64,000 nt of DNA from Bacteroidota bacterium (GTDB lineage Bacteria; Bacteroidota; Bacteroidia; Chitinophagales; JADIYW01), in the NCBI GenBank assembly GCA_963169645.1, contig CAUJCO010000007.1:13803-77802 (forward strand). Reading direction: 5' to 3'. Positions 56,868-64,000 of the stretch are shown here, piece by piece (the first letter of the stretch is position 1; every line of letters begins with the position of its first letter). The translations under genes and the position numbers were made by a program. The notes below the pieces were generated by a model. It saw nothing but the letters and a program-made list of their open reading frames with translations, did not search any database and had not been told where the DNA came from.

Positions 56868-57209
56868 TTATAAAATATCTAGTACTTTTTCCGGTGGACG
56901 AGCAATGACGGCTTTATCGCCATTGATAACAATAGGTCGTTCTATTAAAATTGGATGCTCGTGCATTGCTTGTATCCATTCCGCATCCGATAGATTTTTT
57001 CCTTTATACAATTCTATGTAAATAGGCTCTTTCGTTCGAATTAAATCGTGTGGTGCGATATTCAATTTTTTCAGAATCAATTTTATTTCTTCAACTGAAG
57101 GTGTTTGCTTTAAATATTCAATGGTTTTAAACGATTGTTGTTGTTCTTCCAAAATACAAACAGCACTTCTGCTTTTACCGCATCTATTGTTGTGATAAAT
57201 AGTAATCAT
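56868..57209 (-). CDS. ArsC/Spx/YffB family thioredoxin-fold protein
   Basis: 113 aa with N-terminal ITIYHNNRCGKSR (redox Cys context). Confidence 0.8.
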   Translation of the reverse strand: MITIYHNNRCGKSRSAVCILEEQQQSFKTIEYLKQTPSVEEIKLILKKLNIAPHDLIRTKEPIYIELYKGKNLSDAEWIQAMHEHPILIERPIVINGDKAVIARPPEKVLDIL

Positions 57210-57217
57210 ATTGCTAA

Positions 57218-58552
57218 TTAAATTCCGGTGTAATTAAATGGTGTAATGTTTTTTAATTCTGTTTTGATAACATCACTTACTGCTAATGCATCAATAAAAG
57301 CGTGAATTTCTTGCTCTCCTATTTTTGCATTTGTTCGAGTTAAATTCTTCAATGCTTCATACGGTTTATCAAATCCTTCTCTACGCAATACGGTTTGTAT
57401 AGCTTCCGCAACAACTATCCAATTATCTTCTAAATCTTGTTGAATTTTTACTTCATTTACTAAGAGTTTATTCAACCCTTTGATGATGGAATCAAAAGCA
57501 ATCATCGTATGTGCCAATGGAACACCAATATTCCTCAATACGGTTGAATCCGTTAAGTCACGTTGCAACCTGCTAATAGGTAATTTTTCTGCTAAGTGTG
57601 TAAAAAGTGCATTGGCAATTCCTAAATTTCCTTCTGCATTTTCAAAATCAATTGGGTTGACTTTATGTGGCATAGCACTGCTGCCAATTTCACCTTCTTT
57701 AATTTTTTGTTTGAAATAATCCATCGAAACATACGCCCAAATATCTCGGCATAAATCAATCAATATCGTATTAATACGACTATAATTATGAAATAAGGCT
57801 GCTAAATTATCATAATGTTCAATTTGTGTAGTTGTTTGTGAACGATGTAATCCCAACACATCATTTACAAAACGATTACCAAAAGTTCTCCAATCTTTTG
57901 ACGGATATGCAACGTGATGTGCATTAAAATTTCCCGTAGCACCACCAAATTTAGAAGAATATGGAATATGATTAAAATAGGTAAATTGATATTCTAAGCG
58001 TTCCACAAAAACTTGAAATTCTTTTCCCAAACGTGTAGGTGAAGCCGGCTGACCATGTGTTTTTGCTAACATAGAAATATTTGCGTACGCATCAACTTTT
58101 TCTTGCAACAATTTAATCAAATCAAAAAAAGTAGATTCAAACACGTCGGTATAAAATTCTTTCAGTGACAATGGAATTGCTGTATTATTAATATCTTGAG
58201 AAGTCAACCCAAAATGGATAAATTCCGACTTTTCTTTTAATGCCACATCGTGAATATTTTCTTTAATAAAATATTCTACTGCTTTCACGTCGTGGTTGGT
58301 GGTTTTTTCAATTTCCTTCACTCTATTTGCATGGTGCTCATTAAAGTTTATATATAGATTACGCAATTCATCTATTTGACTATCAGTTAAATTACCAATT
58401 TCAACTAACGTGGTTGACAATTCAATAAAATATTCTATTTCAACTCGAATTCTATATTTTATTAATGCATATTCTGAAAAATAATCACCTAATTTCGCCA
58501 CTTTTGAAGCATATCTTCCATCAATTGGTGACACCGAACGTAAACTACTCAT
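57218..58552 (-). CDS. purB: adenylosuccinate lyase
   Basis: 444 aa with the fumarate-lyase signature SSAMPHKVNP. Confidence 0.95.
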   Translation of the reverse strand: MSSLRSVSPIDGRYASKVAKLGDYFSEYALIKYRIRVEIEYFIELSTTLVEIGNLTDSQIDELRNLYINFNEHHANRVKEIEKTTNHDVKAVEYFIKENIHDVALKEKSEFIHFGLTSQDINNTAIPLSLKEFYTDVFESTFFDLIKLLQEKVDAYANISMLAKTHGQPASPTRLGKEFQVFVERLEYQFTYFNHIPYSSKFGGATGNFNAHHVAYPSKDWRTFGNRFVNDVLGLHRSQTTTQIEHYDNLAALFHNYSRINTILIDLCRDIWAYVSMDYFKQKIKEGEIGSSAMPHKVNPIDFENAEGNLGIANALFTHLAEKLPISRLQRDLTDSTVLRNIGVPLAHTMIAFDSIIKGLNKLLVNEVKIQQDLEDNWIVVAEAIQTVLRREGFDKPYEALKNLTRTNAKIGEQEIHAFIDALAVSDVIKTELKNITPFNYTGI

Positions 58553-58566
58553 TTTTTAATTTTTCC

Positions 58567-58574
58567 CAAAAATA
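58567..58574 (-). promoter_or_regulatory. Bacteroidota -7 promoter box (TATTTTTG on minus strand)
   Basis: Exact TAnnTTTG, with its G 15 nt upstream of the purB ATG (58552). Confidence 0.45.
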
Positions 58575-58745
58575 CAGATAATCCAATAAAAGAATTTGAA
58601 TTTTATAGTGAACAAAATGGAAATTTTAGTTTTATTTGCGATTCCGTAAAGCTTGATATCCATTTCTTTAATTCAAAAGCAATATAATTTTTGGAGTGGA
58701 TACGTGCAATATTTTTTATTGAATGCTATATATAAATAGAATAAA

Positions 58746-61301
58746 ATGGCAAAAAATTTATTGATAGTGGAGTCTCCGGCGAAAGCAAAAACGATTGAGA
58801 AAATCTTAGGGAAAGATTTTATGGTCAAATCGTGTTATGGGCATATTCGGGATTTGGCGAAAAAAGAAATGGGCATCGACATACAAAATAATTTCGAACC
58901 TACTTACATCATATCAGAAGATAAAGAACAAGTTGTAAAAGAACTTCAAAAATTAGCTAAAAACAGCGAAGTTTGGTTGGCAACGGATGAGGACCGCGAA
59001 GGTGAAGCTATTTCTTGGCATTTGTGTGAAGTTTTAAATTTAGACAAAAAGAATACCAAACGTATTGTATTTAATGAGATTACGGCACCGGCAATTAAAA
59101 AAGCAGTTGCGCAACCTCGCACCTTGGATCACAATTTATTTTACGCACAGCAAGCCCGTCGTATTTTAGATAGAGTAGTAGGCTTTGAATTATCACCGGT
59201 GTTATGGAAAAAACTTGGCAGAAGAACGCTCTCTGCCGGTAGAGTACAATCCGTAGCCGTACGATTAGTAGTTGAACGAGAACGTGAAATCAATAATTTT
59301 AATACAGAAAGTTTCTACAAAGTAGTCGCTTATTTTATTTCTGAAAATAAGCTATTCAAAGCAGAATTATCCGAAAAATTAAAAGACGAAAAAGCAGCAG
59401 CCAAATTTTTAGAAGAGGTAAAAAAGGCAATTTTCAAAGTGGAAGATATACAAGTAAAACCCACACAAAAAAGTCCGGCAGCACCTTTTACAACATCTAC
59501 TTTACAACAAGAAGCATCGAGAAAATTAGGCTTCTCTGTTTCTCGAACAATGACGGTAGCACAAAAATTATATGAGAGTGGAAAGATAACCTATATGCGT
59601 ACCGACTCGCCAAACTTATCCGACTTGGCATTAAACTCAATTCAAGCTTATATAAATAAAGAGTTTGGAAAAGAATTTTCCAACAGAAAACAATACGCTT
59701 CAAAAAATTCCAATGCGCAAGAAGCACACGAAGCCATCCGACCAACCTATATTGAAAATACCAACGAAGGCAGCAACCGCGATGAAGAACGTTTGTATAA
59801 TTTAATATGGAAACGCACCATTGCTTCTCAAATGAGTAATGCACGTTTGGAAAAAACAATAGCAAAAATTGATATTTCTACGCGCAAAGAAAAATTTATT
59901 GCTGAAGGTGAAGTTTTAAAATTTGAAGGATTTTTAAAAGTATATTTAGAAGGTACAGACGACGAAGAAACGGAAGAAAGCGGCATGTTACCGGCATTAA
60001 ATATTGGACAAAATTTGGCTTTCAAAAGTATTGAAGCAAGACAACGTTTCACGCAAGCACCGGCACGCTATACAGAAGCAAGTCTAATTAAAAAATTAGA
60101 AGAATTAGGCATTGGCCGACCATCCACTTATGCACCCACTATTTCTACTATACAAAACAGAGAATATGTGGTAAAAGGCGAAGCTGAAGGAAAACCAAGA
60201 GCTTTCACCAAGTTAGAATTAAATCAGCAAAAAGAAATAAGTAAAGAAACGTTATCTGAAAATACAGGTTCTGTAAAAGGCAAATTAATACCAACTGATA
60301 TTGGCAATTTAGTTACCGATTATTTGATGGATAATTTCACGCGTGTAATGGATTATTCTTTTACGGCAGAAATGGAAAAAGATTTTGATGAAATTGCCGA
60401 AGGCAATAAAAATTGGTCCAAGATTTTAAAACAATTTTATGGTCCGTTTCATCAAGAAATTGAAGCATCAGCAGAAACTGATTATGTTACCGGCGAACGC
60501 ATTTTAGGTGTAGATGCTGAAACAGGAAAACAAGTAGTTGCAAAATTAGGCAGATATGGACCAATGATACAAATTGGCACCAATGAAGATGATGAAAAAC
60601 CAAGATATGCAAAATTAAAAAGTACACAAAGCTTAGAAACGATTACGTTCGATGAAGCATTGGAATTATTTAAATTACCATTGATTTTAGGAACATATCA
60701 AGGCTTGGAAGTATCTGTAAACATTGGACGTTTCGGACCTTATGTAAAATTTGGCGAACAATTTATTTCACTTCCAAAAGGCGAAGAACCTACGGAAGTA
60801 AGCTTAGAACGTGCAATAGAAGTCATAAAACTGAAACAAGAAGACGATGCACCTATTGCTACCTATGAAGGCAAACCAATTACCAAAGGAAAAGGTCGTT
60901 TTGGACCATTTATAAAATGGGATGGTTTGTTTATCAATATTCCAAGAGCTTACAATTTTGACACTATTACTGCTAAAGAATGTGCAGAATTGATAGAAAA
61001 AAAATTAGAAAAAGAAGCGAATAGATACATCTTACAATTTCCGGAAGAAAAAATATCTGTCGAGAATGGTCGTTGGGGGCCGTACATCAAATTCAACAAA
61101 AAAATGTTGAAGTTAACCGGAAAAAAATACACTTCTGAAGAAGCTGCTCTATTGACTTTAGATGAAGTGAAAGCCATGATAGAATCGCAGGTACCGAATG
61201 CATTTGCCAAAAAAGAAAAGAAAGCGGCTGTACCTAAAAAAGCGGCTACTGCCACTAAGAAAAAAGTAACTACAAAAGCAACTACAAAAAAGAAAAAATA
61301 A
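58746..61301 (+). CDS. topA: type IA DNA topoisomerase I
   Basis: Toprim LLIVESPAKAKTIEK and TDEDREGE, and the active-site Tyr in ITYMRTDS. There are four Zn-free C-terminal repeats (GRYGPM, GRFGPY, GRFGPF, GRWGPY) and a Lys-rich tail KKEKKAAVPKKAATATKKKVTTKATTKKKK. Confidence 0.95.
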   Translation: MAKNLLIVESPAKAKTIEKILGKDFMVKSCYGHIRDLAKKEMGIDIQNNFEPTYIISEDKEQVVKELQKLAKNSEVWLATDEDREGEAISWHLCEVLNLDKKNTKRIVFNEITAPAIKKAVAQPRTLDHNLFYAQQARRILDRVVGFELSPVLWKKLGRRTLSAGRVQSVAVRLVVEREREINNFNTESFYKVVAYFISENKLFKAELSEKLKDEKAAAKFLEEVKKAIFKVEDIQVKPTQKSPAAPFTTSTLQQEASRKLGFSVSRTMTVAQKLYESGKITYMRTDSPNLSDLALNSIQAYINKEFGKEFSNRKQYASKNSNAQEAHEAIRPTYIENTNEGSNRDEERLYNLIWKRTIASQMSNARLEKTIAKIDISTRKEKFIAEGEVLKFEGFLKVYLEGTDDEETEESGMLPALNIGQNLAFKSIEARQRFTQAPARYTEASLIKKLEELGIGRPSTYAPTISTIQNREYVVKGEAEGKPRAFTKLELNQQKEISKETLSENTGSVKGKLIPTDIGNLVTDYLMDNFTRVMDYSFTAEMEKDFDEIAEGNKNWSKILKQFYGPFHQEIEASAETDYVTGERILGVDAETGKQVVAKLGRYGPMIQIGTNEDDEKPRYAKLKSTQSLETITFDEALELFKLPLILGTYQGLEVSVNIGRFGPYVKFGEQFISLPKGEEPTEVSLERAIEVIKLKQEDDAPIATYEGKPITKGKGRFGPFIKWDGLFINIPRAYNFDTITAKECAELIEKKLEKEANRYILQFPEEKISVENGRWGPYIKFNKKMLKLTGKKYTSEEAALLTLDEVKAMIESQVPNAFAKKEKKAAVPKKAATATKKKVTTKATTKKKK

Positions 61302-61319
61302 ATACAATTTCGTTTCGCC

Positions 61320-61970
61320 ATGAATCAAGATATGATAAAATATTACGAGGAACGGGCAACGGAATATGATTTGGTGTATCAAATTCCGGAAGAGCAACCG
61401 GATTTACAAAAAGCAACTAACTTATTTCAAGAAATTGTAGCTGGGAAAAATGTTGTAGAAATTGCTTGCGGTACCGGATTTTGGACTGAAGCAATGGCAC
61501 AAACAGCCCATAGTGTTTACGCAACAGATATCAATCAACGGGTAATCCATATTGCACAACAACGACAAGTGCATAAAAATATATCCTATCATGTTTTAGA
61601 TATGCATCAAATCCAAACAGATAAAAAATGGGATATTTTATTTGGCGGATTTATTTGGAGTCACCTTCTACTACAAGAAATTCCCGGCTTTTTACAAAAA
61701 CTACATTCCATTATAAACCGTGATGGTATGTTTATTTTTATAGACAGTAAACAAAAAGAAAATTCCGTTCATGATGCTAAAAATATACATCGCACAGATA
61801 AATTTGGAAATACATTTCAATGCAGAACATTATTGAACGGTACGCAACACGAAGTGGTAAAAAACTTTCCTTCATCGGCATTTCTTAAGGAGCAATTTTC
61901 AAAAATCGGATACGATATTCAATTCGTACAACTCGATTATTATTGGATTTTGTCGTGCAAAAATAAATAA
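61320..61970 (+). CDS. class I SAM-dependent methyltransferase
   Basis: Motif I VVEIACGTGFWT, 216 aa. Confidence 0.75.
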   Translation: MNQDMIKYYEERATEYDLVYQIPEEQPDLQKATNLFQEIVAGKNVVEIACGTGFWTEAMAQTAHSVYATDINQRVIHIAQQRQVHKNISYHVLDMHQIQTDKKWDILFGGFIWSHLLLQEIPGFLQKLHSIINRDGMFIFIDSKQKENSVHDAKNIHRTDKFGNTFQCRTLLNGTQHEVVKNFPSSAFLKEQFSKIGYDIQFVQLDYYWILSCKNK

Positions 61971-62102
61971 GCTTTCTTTCCTATTTTTCACATAAAAAAG
62001 TTGTTTAAAATCAAAAAATAGTGGAATTAAAATCTATCCACATCTTGCTACTAAAAAAAATTGTCATTTTTAAAATTTCCTTTTATATTGCATCTAGCAC
62101 GT

Positions 62103-63029
62103 ATGAGTAACGTATCAGAAAAAGAGTTTAAAGCATTGATAACTTTGTTAGATGACAATGATGGCGAAGTATTCTCTCATGTTTCAGATAAGTTGATTTC
62201 ATTAGGTATTGATGGCATTCCGATGTTGGAATCTGCTTGGGAAACTTCCGACAATCAAATTATCCAAACCCGCTTAGAAGATTTAATTAATAAGATACAA
62301 TTTTCCAATGTAAAAGACCGACTCAACGCATGGATAAATAGTGGTGGTGTGGATTTATTGGAAGGTGCAATTTTGGTAGCAAAATTCCAATACCCGGAAT
62401 TAGATGAATACAAAATAATTCAAAAAGTAAACAGTATTTCCAAAAATATTTGGATAGAACTCAATCCATCCTTAACACCTTTAGAAGAAGTCCATGTGTT
62501 GAATCACGTATTTTTTCAATTACATGGATTTTTTGGACAACAAACTCAGCAACTCGATGCGGATTTAGGTTATATCAATAATGTGTTAGAAACCAAAAAA
62601 GGAAATTCGCTTAGTTTAAGTATTTTATATCTCATCTTAGCACAAAAAAATGAGCTACCGATTTATGGTATCAATTTGCCTTTTCATTTTATTATGGCAT
62701 TTAGTAAAAAAGAATTAAACAGCGAAGAATTAACGGAAAATAATCAAGAAAACAATGTGCTGTTTTATATTAATCCGCTCAACAAAGGTATTGCCTTTTC
62801 ACGCAGTGAAATAACACACTATTTGGAGCAGATGAAACTAAAACCAACTACACGATTTTATTCGCCGTGTCATAATTTAGAAATCATCAAAATGTTGGTG
62901 TACAATCAACTTTCTTGTTACGACCAAAATGGCAACAAAGATAAAGCCAATCAACTCAAAGAATTATTTGATTTGTTTGTTTCGGATGAAGATAATCTGA
63001 ATATAGATGATCTTTTCCAAGACGAATAA
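62103..63029 (+). CDS. SirB1/transglutaminase-like (UPF0162) family protein
   Basis: The ATG at 62103 gives MSNVSEKEF. The core LLEGAILVAKFQYPELD...LNHVFFQLHGFFG...YINNVLETKKGNSLSLSILYLILAQKNELPIYGINLPFHFI matches the SirB1 N-terminal pattern (from memory). Confidence 0.55.
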   Translation: MSNVSEKEFKALITLLDDNDGEVFSHVSDKLISLGIDGIPMLESAWETSDNQIIQTRLEDLINKIQFSNVKDRLNAWINSGGVDLLEGAILVAKFQYPELDEYKIIQKVNSISKNIWIELNPSLTPLEEVHVLNHVFFQLHGFFGQQTQQLDADLGYINNVLETKKGNSLSLSILYLILAQKNELPIYGINLPFHFIMAFSKKELNSEELTENNQENNVLFYINPLNKGIAFSRSEITHYLEQMKLKPTTRFYSPCHNLEIIKMLVYNQLSCYDQNGNKDKANQLKELFDLFVSDEDNLNIDDLFQDE

Positions 63030-63446
63030 TTAAACTAATTTTTGTGCTGCGTTATTGAGCTTTAGATTGTATAATTGCCCAAAGCCTGCTAAAATTCCGC
63101 CTATTCCACTGAGTAAATGATGTGAAGTATGATTAAGGTGAAAAACAATTTTCAATAATGATGCTGATACCAACAACATCAAACCTAAAAAGAAAACAAA
63201 TGCAGGTATTTTATTTTGATGATGTTCTTTATAACCATGTAAAATGGAAGACGTTCCTAAAATAAAAACGCTAACAATAATAACGTATTCTACCCAATGA
63301 TATTGCTCAAAAAAATAGCCGACACTTGGCAATAACACCAATAAAACAGGCGTTACTACACAATGAATAGTGCATAAAACCGATAAAAAAACGGTAATTT
63401 GCTCCGAATAATGTGTATGTTTGTGCGTATCTTTTTGTAATTTCAT
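63030..63446 (-). CDS. MerC-domain-like membrane protein
   Basis: The ATG at 63446 gives MKLQKDTHKHTHYSEQ (His-rich), followed by four TM helices with an LCTIHC motif. It is divergent from a Fur-family gene. Longer ATG starts at 63494/63473 are also possible. Confidence 0.5.
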   Translation of the reverse strand: MKLQKDTHKHTHYSEQITVFLSVLCTIHCVVTPVLLVLLPSVGYFFEQYHWVEYVIIVSVFILGTSSILHGYKEHHQNKIPAFVFFLGLMLLVSASLLKIVFHLNHTSHHLLSGIGGILAGFGQLYNLKLNNAAQKLV

Positions 63447-63449
63447 TTT

Positions 63450-63493
63450 TGCAATTGAGTTACAAATATACATAATTCTGCAACTAAATTGCA
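63450..63493. promoter_or_regulatory. two related inverted repeats (candidate Fur-family operator sites)
   Basis: TGCAA-TTGAG-TTACA (63450..63464, imperfect) and TGCAA-CTAAA-TTGCA (63479..63493, perfect 5-bp arms), in the 64-bp divergent region between the MerC-like and Fur-family genes. Confidence 0.35.
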
Positions 63494-63510
63494 TTAATTG
63501 TATTTTAATT

Positions 63511-63924
63511 ATGAATCCGACGGAAATTATCTTAAAAAATCACCATTTACGCATAACGCAAATACGTTTAGATATTTTATGTTATTTTCAAAATGCACAA
63601 ACGGCATTATCGCATGCAGATTTAGAACAATATTTTGAAAAAAAATTTGACCGTGTAACGATTTATAGAACCTTAACTTCTTTTGTTGAAAATGGTTTAT
63701 TGCATAAAATTCCGGATGATTCCGGAATTGCCAAATATGCATTGTGCCAACACAAACACACCGCACACACGCACGACGACAATCATGTTCATTTTAAATG
63801 TAAGAAATGTGCCAAGATAGAATGTTTGCACAATTTAGAAATTCCTGCGTTGCAATTGCCGTCAAAATATAAAATGGAAAATGCCAATTTATTGATAGAA
63901 GGAATTTGTGCTACTTGTAATTAA
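63511..63924 (+). CDS. Fur family transcriptional regulator
   Basis: The ATG at 63511 gives MNPTEIILKNHHLRITQIRLDIL (winged helix). There is a His-rich HKHTAHTHDDNHVH segment and two CxxC pairs (CKKC, CATC). Confidence 0.85.
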   Translation: MNPTEIILKNHHLRITQIRLDILCYFQNAQTALSHADLEQYFEKKFDRVTIYRTLTSFVENGLLHKIPDDSGIAKYALCQHKHTAHTHDDNHVHFKCKKCAKIECLHNLEIPALQLPSKYKMENANLLIEGICATCN

Positions 63925-64000
63925 TTTTGTTCCAAATAAAAACAGCTATAATTAAATATTATGTTTGATTTTTTTAAAAAAAAAAAAGAAATAAAAACAA

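Noticed and set aside
59497-61397. Several minus-strand ORFs (59497..59865, 59828..60052, 60950..61321, 61158..61397)
   Set aside because: All are antisense to topA or to the start of the following methyltransferase. The F/L-rich composition mirrors the Lys/Glu-rich sense frame.
63961-64000. ATG opening MFDFFKKKKEIKT... that runs off the window end
   Set aside because: Only 13 codons are visible. It could be a real gene start downstream of the Fur-family gene, but it cannot be supported or named from this window.
1-64000. Scan for rRNA, tRNA (GTTCGAATC-type T-loops in non-coding DNA), CRISPR-like spaced direct repeats, IS or transposase/integrase genes, phage genes, toxin-antitoxin or known defence genes
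   Set aside because: None was found by eye. Every long ORF has a plausible housekeeping or envelope function, and the only repeats seen are short hairpins and the tandem paralog pair.

Overview
This is an AT-rich (roughly one-third G+C by eye, not computed), very gene-dense chromosomal segment that looks like a Bacteroidota genome. Two proteins carry type-A T9SS C-terminal sorting domains. There are two TonB-dependent receptor plus lipoprotein pairs and many lipoprotein signal peptides. Exact TAnnTTTG (-7) promoter boxes sit just upstream of many start codons, and Shine-Dalgarno-like sequences are absent. I call about 56 protein-coding genes, nearly all housekeeping: purM-type, purL, purB, gcvP, type III glutamine synthetase, glutamate dehydrogenase, prfB (its programmed +1 frameshift splits it over two frames in the ORF track), topA, dapF, lipB, rluD, accC, mltG, an HtrA-type protease, corA, ccmBCD and a Fur-family regulator. 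I found no rRNA, tRNA, CRISPR array, transposase, integrase, phage gene or recognisable defence/toxin gene, so this is not an obvious accessory island. The best candidates for something undescribed are these. (1) A five-gene, same-strand, overlapping cluster at 19945-26549: two paralogous orphan lipoproteins, a T9SS-secreted S8 protease, a CarboxypepD_reg-type TonB-dependent receptor and a DUF4249 lipoprotein. It reads like a non-Sus protein/peptide capture-and-import locus. (2) A divergent module at 1891-7059 (TonB-dependent receptor, DUF5689-like lipoprotein, secreted EEP nuclease) that could scavenge extracellular nucleic acid. (3) The 548-bp ORF-free gap at 42743-43289, which holds several hairpins including a strong terminator with no gene to terminate (candidate sRNA). 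Other observations are a fixed promoter-to-start-codon spacing, a 51-codon Cys-rich ORF with a non-ATG start that the ORF track missed, and a DinB/YfiT enzyme fused to a Lys/Thr-rich histone-H1-like extension. All family assignments come from motif recognition by eye and need HMM/BLAST confirmation.
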